From Gammaproteobacteria bacterium (GTDB taxonomy: Bacteria > Pseudomonadota > Gammaproteobacteria > G965277405), in NCBI GenBank assembly GCA_965277405.1, contig OZ255726.1, positions 768,001 through 832,000 of the forward strand: a stretch of DNA of 64,000 nt, in the 5' to 3' direction. Below the pieces are notes generated by a model. It had not been told where the DNA came from. It made no database searches and saw nothing but the letters and a program-made list of their open reading frames with translations. Shown piece by piece: positions 33,321 to 42,572 of this stretch (positions within the stretch are counted from its first letter, which is position 1; each line of letters opens with the position of its first letter). The translations under genes were made by a program, and so were the position numbers.

Positions 33321-34561
33321 GGAAGCTCTGATTAAGACGCTCATATACTCCAATAACTCGCATATACTCCAAAAAAATAATAGCAATAATTTTCAATGGT
33401 CAATATTTGATCATTTCGCTGATCTTCGTGTTGCTGTTTTACTGTTTTTTACTGTTTTTTACTGTTTTTACTGTTTTTTACTGTTTTTCTTGAATTTTGG
33501 GCGGTTCTATCCTGTTAGTCGTCCGCGCAGCATGTATAAGTTCGTCAATGCAAGCAAAGAAAATACTTGTACTCGGTTCTTTTCTAGTCCTTTGTAGCGA
33601 GCTTTCTTATAACCAAACTGACATTTGATTACCCGAAAACAGTGCTCAATCCGGGCGCGCACCTTAGAGTTCTGTCTATTGCGTTTGCGCTGCGAGCCGC
33701 TCATTTGCTGCTTTGGTTTACGTTTATCATTCACGCGCCAATCTATCCCAAGGTGACGCGAGCCGCGTTTATAACTGTCGCTCGTATATCCTGCATCGGC
33801 AAAGATAACCTTATCTGTTTCACGCAGCAATTTGGGGAGTTCATTGATGTCAGCTTCATTCGCGGCTGTGGTGGTGGGCATTGTCGCGCTATGAATCATA
33901 TTGCTATTAGCGTCAGTTCCTATATGAATCTTCATGCCAAAATACCACTAATTGCCTTTCCTTGTTTGCTGCATTTCAGGATCACGGGCTTTCTCTTTAA
34001 TTCTGCGTAGATGATGGCGCATTGATGGTCGTGGCAGCAACCATTGTCCCTGGTGAGATTATTATATTATTTTCCATACAATACTCATTCACGACAGCAA
34101 GTATCTTGACGCTGAGTTGATGTTTTTCTATGATCCTGCGGGCAAGTTCAAGATGGTGGTTTCATCAGGGATGGCATCGTCTATCAGCTCTATATGGGCA
34201 AAACGCCGCATGCTTTCCATGTCATATAGTGCTTCTTCTACCCCTGGGTCTGATAAGTTGTACCATTGCTGTAAAAAATAAATGCGTAACATGGTCTGCA
34301 TATTAATCGGTGGGCGGCCATTCCCTTTCTTGGGATAATGCGGTTCTATTAACTCTAACAACTGTTGCCATGGAGCTAATTTGTCCATTAACTGCAAGAA
34401 TTTTTTTTGGTTTTGTTGTTACTTTCTTGTGGTCGTATGCAGCACTGGCAAAAGTTGTTTGTTTCATAAGATTATCCGCTTATTCAAATATTCAAATAGA
34501 TTCACCATTGTATATCTTTCTAGCTGATATTGCTGTTGTTTGGGACTTAATCAGAGGTTCC
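33321..34561 (-). mobile_element. Full-length IS5-subgroup element (lineage A) with a frameshifted transposase (34467->33507)
   Basis: TIRs GGAAGCTCTGATTAAG / CTTAATCAGAGGTTCC; TSD TTAG; MLRIYFLQQWYNLSDP, IPDETTILN, GMKIHIG, ADAGY and RARIEH motifs. Confidence 0.92.
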
Positions 34562-34585
34562 TTAGCTAAGCCCTTTTTAAATAAA
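34562..34585. repeat. Left copy of the 24-bp direct repeat bounding the cassette
   Basis: TTAGCTAAGCCCTTTTTAAATAAA; 23/24 identical to 37920-37943. Confidence 0.85.
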
Positions 34586-34730
34586 CAATCAATACGGGAA
34601 AACTTCCATAACTCGCTTGACAAATCCGAGGGGGGGGGTGATATTAACCTATGGTTAATAAATTAAGGGTTGGTCAACTACAACTATCAAAGAGCGTAGC
34701 CGCCTGAACAAAATGCTATGAGGGCTTAGC

Positions 34731-35660
34731 GTGCGTTTCAATTTAGTTGTTGCAATAATTATTGTATTTGCAATTTCAAATGCAAGTCATGCGCAGAAGA
34801 AAAAGCTCCCGCAGGAGCAGGATGGTATCGACTTGGCTCTGGAAGAGCTGTAGACAGATAAAGGCAAAATCAAGCTTGAAGCTGGTTTTACCTATAATGC
34901 CAGCACATCCGATAGAATCACTGGAGCGTTTGAAACGATTCAAACAGGAACTGGGGCATTCGTCTCTGTTCCAACTGACCTTGGGGCATCTCGTCGTGAA
35001 GCCGATACGCTGATTGGGTCAGCAACGCTACGCTATGGCTTAACCACAAAGTCAGAAGTGTTTTTTAGAGGATCAGCCATTTACTCTAATAGTCGTATTA
35101 CAGATGGTATTATAGGACTAACCGCAACATCTGATAGTGCTCGTTTGTTAAATGCGGTCGCAGGGGTTAATTATCGCTTCCTTGAAGACGGAGAATACCC
35201 CAGTCTCATAGGTTTTGCCGATATAACACTCGCTGAAAATGTGGCCTCTAGCGGTTCAGAGTTTGTTTTTGCAAGATCAGGTACAATTGGATTTACTGCC
35301 TATAAAGTTATTGATCCTGTTGTCTTATCTTTGACAGCTGGTTTTCGCCCAGCTTTATCGCGTGATGTTAATGGAACAAAAATTGATCCAGGTGATTCAA
35401 TTTTTCTAAATCCTTCCCTTGCTTTTGCTGTTAACAATGAACTGACGCTGACAGGTGGTCTTTCCATGCGTTTTCAAGGTGCTGATGAGGTCGGAGGTGT
35501 TCGTCAAGGGTCAAGACAGACTCGCGCGGATATGGAATTTGGGGTGGCCTATGCGTGGGATCACACAACAACTCTACGCATGGACACACGCGCGGATGTT
35601 ATTGGTGAGGGTGGCCTCACCATTGGCATAAACCTCACCAAGAAATTTGGTGGCAACTGA
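34731..35660 (+). pseudogene. Outer-membrane beta-barrel (MetA-pathway/FapF-like transporter class) with one in-frame TAG at codon 41
   Basis: GTG start, signal peptide ...ASHA, LEEL*TDKGKIKLE..TY, TLRYGLT, FAVNNELTL; alternating beta strands ending ...LTKKF. Confidence 0.7.
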
Positions 35661-35687
35661 CATCAACCTTAAGAAAGGAGCATTTTT

Positions 35688-36290
35688 ATGAAAATTTTAT
35701 CAAGATCTGTCTTGTGTTTGACCTTATTTTCATTCGCAGCACAGCCTGTCATGGCTGATTCACTAACAAGCCATGATTTAAATTTTGCCTTTGGGGGAGG
35801 AACTGCTGTTTCCAAAACCATCAATCAGCATACATCGTCTCTAACCAAAGCAAAACGACCATCCCAACAATTGGCTTCACTTCAACCACTTTTAGCTAAA
35901 GAAATGAAAGAAACTGAAGGGGCTTGGCTGAATTTTGCCATTGGTGGTGCAATAGGTCTTGGATCATATCTTTACACAACTCCTCGTAGTAGTTGGAGTT
36001 GGGGTGGTGCGGCTAGAAATACTGCATACGTCTTAGTAGGTGGCGGTGCATTTAAAGCAGCCAGATATGTAGCGAGACCTTGGGTGCGTGTTGGTAGTAG
36101 CTACAGCAGAAGCGGTGGTTTTAGAACTTATTCAATAAGAACAGGTTCAAACAGATATTATCAAAATAACTCATACCTTCGCCATAGTTCAACACTACGG
36201 AGCTGGAACTCACGAGCACGCAACGATTCTTTCGTAAGCAGAAGCTGGAGAACACGCGATCGTGGCCACTATCATTTATGGAGACGCTAA
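35688..36290 (+). CDS. Exported precursor: signal peptide, double-glycine-type leader, Gly-rich segment, basic C-terminal domain (putative toxin)
   Basis: AAGGAG RBS; ...PVMA|D; LLAKEMKETEGA|WLNFAIGGAIGLG; Arg/Ser-rich tail ending GHYHLWRR. Confidence 0.7.
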   Translation: MKILSRSVLCLTLFSFAAQPVMADSLTSHDLNFAFGGGTAVSKTINQHTSSLTKAKRPSQQLASLQPLLAKEMKETEGAWLNFAIGGAIGLGSYLYTTPRSSWSWGGAARNTAYVLVGGGAFKAARYVARPWVRVGSSYSRSGGFRTYSIRTGSNRYYQNNSYLRHSSTLRSWNSRARNDSFVSRSWRTRDRGHYHLWRR

Positions 36291-36370
36291 TAGTATCCAC
36301 TTTCTTTAAATTATGAATATCCCTCTGGTTGTATTTAATGCAATATTCATAGGCATATTTGTCTATTGAG

Positions 36371-36913
36371 ATGAAATCTATCAAAATGAATAATTTACAA
36401 ATATTCCAAGAATGCGGACAACCAATAGAAGCCGCTCGATTTTTTAAAATCATTGAATACATTGAGAATTATGATTTAATCCCTGAAAAAGATCAGTCAC
36501 TTTATGTATACGGACATACATTTAAATCACGCAGCTGCTTAAAAAAGCTATCTCATAATCTACAAATAAAGCATTTTAAAAAGCAATACGGATTAAAGGC
36601 TATCCTAATTCCTATATCTAGTCCTAATTCCTTTATCTTAAAACTGTTATCATCAAAAATATTACTTGATACTTTCAATGCTCTCGATGAGTATGTATTT
36701 TTTAATGTTGCTTTATTCAAAAATTCCTTCGAAAAATATTTTTTAGAAAAATTTGATGTTTCTGATGTTTGCGCAAGTAGCTCTTATATAAAACAGGATC
36801 CTGCTTATTTCATATATGGAGCTGATTTTGATCATAATGAAAGTGATACAGGTATAATGGAATTTTTCTCTTATGGGGAAAACGCTCCCAATAGTCTAAC
36901 AGCTTTTTTATAA
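36371..36913 (+). CDS. AT-rich hypothetical protein, candidate immunity protein
   Basis: Directly downstream of the precursor; no signal peptide; aromatic-rich with acidic C-terminus. Confidence 0.55.
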   Translation: MKSIKMNNLQIFQECGQPIEAARFFKIIEYIENYDLIPEKDQSLYVYGHTFKSRSCLKKLSHNLQIKHFKKQYGLKAILIPISSPNSFILKLLSSKILLDTFNALDEYVFFNVALFKNSFEKYFLEKFDVSDVCASSSYIKQDPAYFIYGADFDHNESDTGIMEFFSYGENAPNSLTAFL

Positions 36914-37235
36914 GAAAAAATACTCTATGCCAAAAGAACAAATCATCTGGAAAAATTATGTGGTAGTAATAACCAAAGCCATGATGAATTTCAGGGACAA
37001 ATGCGGTTTAAGTATGGAAGAGGCGATAAAAATCGTAGCGAATTATCGTGAAGACATATGTAAAATATTACAGAATTTCTAGTTGACACGATTTCGGAAG
37101 TTGATGCGGATAGGAGTTCTTTTGATGAAACCATAAAAAGGCTGGAGATGTGTAATAGAGCTGATGATTTCGTCATATATATGAACGAGTGTTAATGCAG
37201 GGGAAAATTATTCTTCTTATCTTGTAAATAATGTC

Positions 37236-37904
37236 ATGCTTGAACTTTTAACCAAATTTATTATCCGCTCTGTCTTTGTAGTTTTAGTTACACTTTCTTG
37301 TGTGCTTTGGGGAAAAACTGATGCAGCAGAATTATCAACAACAAATTTGATTGGATCAATTCGTGTTACTTCATGGAAGGCCTTAAGGGATTTTAGGGTT
37401 GTCAAACAGGCACTGGATTATTCCTGTGGCGCCGCCTCTGTGGCAACGATCCTGAATGAATTCTACGGGTTTTCATTAACTGAAAAAGATATTCTGGACG
37501 CTATGGAGCAGGATGGTGTCGCCTCCTTTGAGGATTTAGCTAATGTTGTTCTGCAATATGGCTTTAAGGGAGGTGGTATTGCCCTTTCATTTAAGGATTT
37601 AACACAACTTAAAATTCCAGCCATTGCTTATCTAAAATATCGGGGTGAAGATCATTTTTCTGTCATTCGGGGTATTCGTTCAGATGGAGTGGTTCATTTG
37701 GGTGATCCATCTTGGGGCAATCGTCAATTTACACAACACCAGTTTCGTAAAATGTGGGAGACAAGAGAAGAGAGTGACGCAAAGGGTAAAGTTTTACTTA
37801 TAATTCCCCGCGAACTTGCCAACGCAAAAATAGATGAAACTTTTTTTAACACACCAAGAGGATGGCGGTTGAGTCTGGAAACCATAAATCTTTCCCGTCC
37901 TTAA
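37236..37904 (+). CDS. Stand-alone exported C39-family cysteine peptidase (FapD-like)
   Basis: N-terminal hydrophobic signal; VVKQALDYSCGAAS, HFSV and GDPSWGN catalytic motifs; no ABC domain. Confidence 0.88.
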   Translation: MLELLTKFIIRSVFVVLVTLSCVLWGKTDAAELSTTNLIGSIRVTSWKALRDFRVVKQALDYSCGAASVATILNEFYGFSLTEKDILDAMEQDGVASFEDLANVVLQYGFKGGGIALSFKDLTQLKIPAIAYLKYRGEDHFSVIRGIRSDGVVHLGDPSWGNRQFTQHQFRKMWETREESDAKGKVLLIIPRELANAKIDETFFNTPRGWRLSLETINLSRP

Positions 37905-37919
37905 TCTCACCTTTGGCAG

Positions 37920-37943
37920 TTAGCTAAACCCTTTTTAAATAAA
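37920..37943. repeat. Right copy of the 24-bp direct repeat
   Basis: TTAGCTAAACCCTTTTTAAATAAA. Confidence 0.85.
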
Positions 37944-38067
37944 GCTATCTGTTCATCCACCTGCTTGATGCCAGCCAGAGTAAAAATCTCGCTCCAGCTC
38001 ATGGCCTGATTTAAACAAAAAATAGCTATCAAAGTTTGCTAGCGAGCTATCATCCCTGAACCTAGTC

Positions 38068-39290
38068 GGATCTGTTGCAAATAGATTAAAACTTGATAAA
38101 AATTAAAAATTTTGTACAAACACAGAATTTTCTATCAATCCAAGGTTTAACAATCAATATTTGCTGGTATTTTCAGTCAAATAGCTGTTTTTTGGCGCAG
38201 TTATCCTACAAAACGCCACCATACTTTACGTCTAACACCACCTGCCTTTTCAGGTTAAATGCTAGACACTCCAGAAATATCGCAAACTGATTCTTTGCTA
38301 CTCCCACATATCTAACCCGATGATTGGTTTTTGAAAATACTCTTTCATACGGAGAACGCAGCTTGCTAAAGAATGTATCTTGGTCTTTGTTTTTATCTTT
38401 CATATTATTCTTTTTTATAGCTGCCAAATGGCAACGCTTTTTAGCGGCTGCATGTCTTGCTCCTTTGCTGCAATAACCTTTATCTGCATATATAGCACCT
38501 TGTGTTGGAATAACATGACCAATACCTTGTCCGTCTGTTACGTTAGCTGGTGTTATCGCTACTTTATTAATCAAGCCTGACTGCATATCAACACTAATAT
38601 GTTTCTTATAGCCATACCAAAATGTACCGTTACCTTTGCAGCCAATGCGGGCTTGTTTGTCTGTAGCTACTTTAGGTAAAACCTCATTATTAAGTTTGGC
38701 GTACTTTTGCTGGATTACTCTATCTCTCTCTTCCCACAAATTAGCTTTAGCTATTAAATGAGAGGCATCTATACAAGTAAATACCTCATTCATGTACCCA
38801 TGTTGTTGCAATTGAGCGCGAACATCTGCAAATATCTTAGATAATTGGTGCGTACCTATACGCGCTCTAGCTCTTGTAAATACTGTATGATCTGGCGTAG
38901 GCGCGGTTAACGCTACATTACAAAACCATTACAAAACTATTTAGCAGCGGTGTTTTCTGTTAAGTAACTTTCTAGCTCTCTATCACTTAAATCTTCTAAG
39001 TGTTGCAGCAGTAGTGCTTTAAATAACAGTTCTATACCATAACCTTTATAGTTGCTAGAGCCTTGTGCTGTTTTTAAATATTTATTATCTAAGCGGCGAA
39101 TATCTATTAATTGAACAAACTTTCGGTATATATGATCAGCGGCTACTAGATCTGCTAGGGTAATCATTTCTACTTGTTTATACATGATATTTAAAATATA
39201 AGGTTGTAGTTGAGTTGAATGATTTTACACCAGGCTATAAGCAATATACCTAATCAATAAGATTATTTGTCTTCTATTTGCAACAGTCCC
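38068..39290 (-). mobile_element. IS5 lineage C, second copy; transposase split by a short duplication near 38920-38940
   Basis: Both TIRs; ORFs 38937-39185 and 38206-38811 match 7242-8213. Confidence 0.92.
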
Positions 39291-39358
39291 AACTATTAAA
39301 GGTGCAATTCTGCTGTTCGTTGTTGCCCTGCAATCGCGCAAAAAAATGGGATTATAAA

Positions 39359-40312
39359 ATGTCAAGCATTCTCAACAGCCCAATCATCAATAAAATAGCG
39401 CGCGTCCCACCGTCGTATTTTGTTTTTTTTGGACTGACACTGCTGTTGTGGATCACCCGTCCCCACATGATGAACATCAACACCATGGGCATTTTCATCC
39501 GCCAAGTTGTACCGCTTGGGATATTAGTCCTCGGCCAGTTGCTCGTAATTCGCGTGAATTCCATCGATCTGTCTGGATTTGGAGTAATTTTAATTGTGAA
39601 TTATTTTATCTCATCAAATCTTTTTGCTGGAGCTTCGATTCCTTTCTATATCAGCATATCTTTGGCGACTGGTTTGTTTGTTGGTCTGTTCAACGGCTAC
39701 ATGGTTGGCAAACGGCGTGTGTCTGCTGTGGTTGTGACACTCGCAGTTAACATTATTATCGTTGGGATTGTGCAGTTTATGGCCAGCGGTAAACCTCCTG
39801 GCGGCGTGCCGACGGTGTTAAATGATATCTACAATAGCAAAATATGGCTGATTCCAACCCCGATTGTGTTCTGGGTAGCACTGACGGTGTCGATGTCGCT
39901 TTTCCTTTCGCGCTTTGTTTTCGGGCGTGACGTAATGTCAGTTGGCGAGAATCCAACTGCTGCCCATTTCTCAGGAGTTCCTGTCGAGCGCACAGTGATC
40001 ATCGCCCACACAATTGCTGGTCTGATGGCCGGGATTGCAGCCTTCGTCCAGACTACTTCAATTGTCATGGGTTCCGCTCGGCTAGGGGCAGAATTGCCGA
40101 TTCTTGCGGTCTCGGCAACCATTCTTGGCGGGGTTGTGTTTGGTAAAGGCGAGGGAGGCGTGTGGGGACCGTACTTTGGCGTTTTGGCCTTTGCTCTGCT
40201 GTTTGTAGTAATGACCACTTTCAATATTGGTGAACCTGGAAAACTCATTGCGCAAGGGCTGATCATTTTGCTCGCGGTGATTGTATACGGGGTAAGATCC
40301 AAACAATCCTGA
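39359..40312 (+). CDS. Sugar ABC transporter permease (RbsC-like), orphaned
   Basis: SIDLS, FGRDVMSVGENP.AAHFSGV and AT.LGG motifs; only the tail of an upstream permease survives at 39291-39358. Confidence 0.85.
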   Translation: MSSILNSPIINKIARVPPSYFVFFGLTLLLWITRPHMMNINTMGIFIRQVVPLGILVLGQLLVIRVNSIDLSGFGVILIVNYFISSNLFAGASIPFYISISLATGLFVGLFNGYMVGKRRVSAVVVTLAVNIIIVGIVQFMASGKPPGGVPTVLNDIYNSKIWLIPTPIVFWVALTVSMSLFLSRFVFGRDVMSVGENPTAAHFSGVPVERTVIIAHTIAGLMAGIAAFVQTTSIVMGSARLGAELPILAVSATILGGVVFGKGEGGVWGPYFGVLAFALLFVVMTTFNIGEPGKLIAQGLIILLAVIVYGVRSKQS

Positions 40313-40340
40313 TAAAAAAATAACATATTTTGGAGGTATA

Positions 40341-40997
40341 ATGTCTAAACAAGTATCAATTCTTTGCTATGGCGACTCGCTCACTTGGGGCTGGATTCCT
40401 ATCCTCGCAGGTGCGCCGACGTATCGATATTCGTTGCAGAAACGCTGGACTGGTGTCATGGCTGCGCATCTTGGAGACGGTTATCATATTATTGAGGAGG
40501 GGCTGAGCGCGCGCACGACATCCCTAGACGATCCAAACGATCCACGCTTGAACGGCAGTGCTTATTTGCCAGCTGCGCTTGCCAGTCATCTGCCTTTGGA
40601 TATTGTGATTGTCATGCTAGGAACGAATGATACCAAGTCATTTTATCATCGCACCCCCTATGAAATTGCCAACGGTATGGCAAAACTAGTCGGGCAGATT
40701 GCGACAAGCGCCGGCGGAGTTGGAACCTCTTACCCTGCACCTCAAACGCTAGTTGTGGCTCCTCCGCCACTACAGCCAATGCCACATCCGTTCTTTCAAG
40801 GTATGTTCGGCAGTGGTCACGAAAAATCTGCAGAACTTGGCAAGCAATATCAGGATATGGCAGATTTTATGAAATGCGAGTTTCTCAATGCAGCTGATTT
40901 TGTTACTACGGATGGCTGCGACGGCATCCATTTTACAGAACAGAACAACGCTGATCTTGGTAAAGCGATTGCCAAAAAGGTTAAAGATATTTTGTAA
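40341..40997 (+). CDS. SGNH/GDSL arylesterase-acyltransferase (MsAcT-like)
   Basis: GDSLTWGW, EEGLSARTT, LGTND, SAGGVGT.YPAP and DGIH motifs. Confidence 0.88.
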   Translation: MSKQVSILCYGDSLTWGWIPILAGAPTYRYSLQKRWTGVMAAHLGDGYHIIEEGLSARTTSLDDPNDPRLNGSAYLPAALASHLPLDIVIVMLGTNDTKSFYHRTPYEIANGMAKLVGQIATSAGGVGTSYPAPQTLVVAPPPLQPMPHPFFQGMFGSGHEKSAELGKQYQDMADFMKCEFLNAADFVTTDGCDGIHFTEQNNADLGKAIAKKVKDIL

Positions 40998-41126
40998 CGT
41001 TGCCATTTTCAAGGAATGCGACGAAGCGGACGCTATCTTGCAAACAGTTGGATATCCGCGCAAATAATTTTTATTGGAGGTTACTTTGCGTATGAGGTTG
41101 CTTTGCGTATAATGTGTAAGTTTTCA

Positions 41127-41162
41127 TTCTGTCTTGTGTTCTGTCTTGTGTTCTGTCTTGTA
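41127..41162. repeat. 12-bp tandem repeat (TTCTGTCTTGTG)x3
   Basis: Directly visible. Confidence 0.8.
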
Positions 41163-41249
41163 TCGTAGCGTTGATGCTAGTTGTTAGCTTGGCAACAGCA
41201 CTTGGAACATACTTAGGCGGATTTCAATCAAGCGAATAGAGTTGTAGTT

Positions 41250-41810
41250 ATGTTGTGGAGGAATCAACCAACACATTGGGGGCTTGCTGCTGTATTGATG
41301 CATTGGGTCGTGGCAATTGCTGTGTTTGGCTTGTTTGGCAGCGGGTTGTGGATGACTGATTTGCATCTATATCATGCGTGGTATACACAGGCGCCTTTTC
41401 TTCACAAAAGTTTTGGCTTGGTGTTGTTTGCGGTTGTACTTATCAGGATCCTTTGGCGCTGGCTTGATCGAGCACCCAAGCATCATCCAAACCATGCGCT
41501 GTGGGAGCAACGGCTATCGATGCTTGTCCACACGTTGTTATATGGGTTGTTGTTATTGATGTGTATCAGTGGCTACCTGATATCAACAGCAGCTGGTAGG
41601 TCTATCAGTGTGTTTGGCTGGGTTGAAGCGCCCGCATTAATATCTCATATGGATGGTCAGGCAGACATTGCCGGCGTTATTCATTGGTATGCAGCTTGTA
41701 CGTTGATATCATGTGTAGGGTTGCATGCGGTTGCTGCCATCAAACATCAATTGATTGATAAAGACGGAACGTTGACGCGGATGTTGGGGAGCCAGCATCT
41801 CAACAAATAA
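41250..41810 (+). CDS. Cytochrome b561 (YceJ-like)
   Basis: HW, HKSFG and H..AA.KH heme ligands; precedes yceI. Confidence 0.9.
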   Translation: MLWRNQPTHWGLAAVLMHWVVAIAVFGLFGSGLWMTDLHLYHAWYTQAPFLHKSFGLVLFAVVLIRILWRWLDRAPKHHPNHALWEQRLSMLVHTLLYGLLLLMCISGYLISTAAGRSISVFGWVEAPALISHMDGQADIAGVIHWYAACTLISCVGLHAVAAIKHQLIDKDGTLTRMLGSQHLNK

Positions 41811-41834
41811 TTTTTAGGTAAAGGAGAAAAATAT

Positions 41835-42410
41835 ATGAAAAAAATAATTGTAGCACTCGCTAGTTTAATAACTGTGATCCTAGCAATGTCAGCTGAGGCT
41901 GCCCAGTACAAGATTGATACAAGTAATGCCCATGCATCAATACATTTTAAAATCAAACACCTTGGTTATAGCTGGGTAGTAGGCAGGTTTAATACATTTG
42001 CAGGGACATTTAATTACGATAAAGACAATATTGCCGCCTTTAAAGTGAATGTAACTATCGACACGGCAAGTGTTGATAGCAATCAAGCTACTCGTGATAA
42101 GCATTTGCGTAGCGATGATTTTCTCGCGGTGCAAGCGCAACCAAAATCAACATTTGCGAGTACCTCAATCAACAGTTTGGGTGGTGGTAAATACCAACTA
42201 ACAGGAATGTTGCTGTTGCGCGGTGTTACCAAAGAAATCAGCATAGACATGAATATTGTAGGTGAAGGTAAGGACCCATGGGGTAAATACCGTGTTGGTT
42301 TTCTCGGTACAACTACGTTGACGTTACAAGATTTTGGAATTGACTACAACCTCGGTCCAGCATCCACACAGGTTGATCTAGAGTTGAATATTGAAGGTAT
42401 TGCCCAGTAA
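41835..42410 (+). CDS. yceI: YceI-family periplasmic protein
   Basis: HLGYSW..GRF, RDKHLRS.DF and DPWG motifs. Confidence 0.9.
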   Translation: MKKIIVALASLITVILAMSAEAAQYKIDTSNAHASIHFKIKHLGYSWVVGRFNTFAGTFNYDKDNIAAFKVNVTIDTASVDSNQATRDKHLRSDDFLAVQAQPKSTFASTSINSLGGGKYQLTGMLLLRGVTKEISIDMNIVGEGKDPWGKYRVGFLGTTTLTLQDFGIDYNLGPASTQVDLELNIEGIAQ

Positions 42411-42572
42411 TATTTTCATCATTACACCCGCATCTCCTATACATAGGTATGCGGCTTGTTCGTGGATGTCGTAACCACGCATTACTAGTCTGCTTATCCA
42501 GAAATTCAGATTTTACATGGGTATCATGGATGAACATAAACAACAATTATTGGTCATAAAGTAGATACGAGG

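Noticed and set aside
33434-33490. (ACTGTTTTT)n tandem repeat
   Set aside because: Slippage inside IS5-A; a shorter version occurs in the copy near 30850.
20223-34853. Stop-codon reassignment suggested by several in-frame TAA/TAG
   Set aside because: Core genes terminate normally at TAA/TAG, and affected loci also carry frameshifts or truncations.
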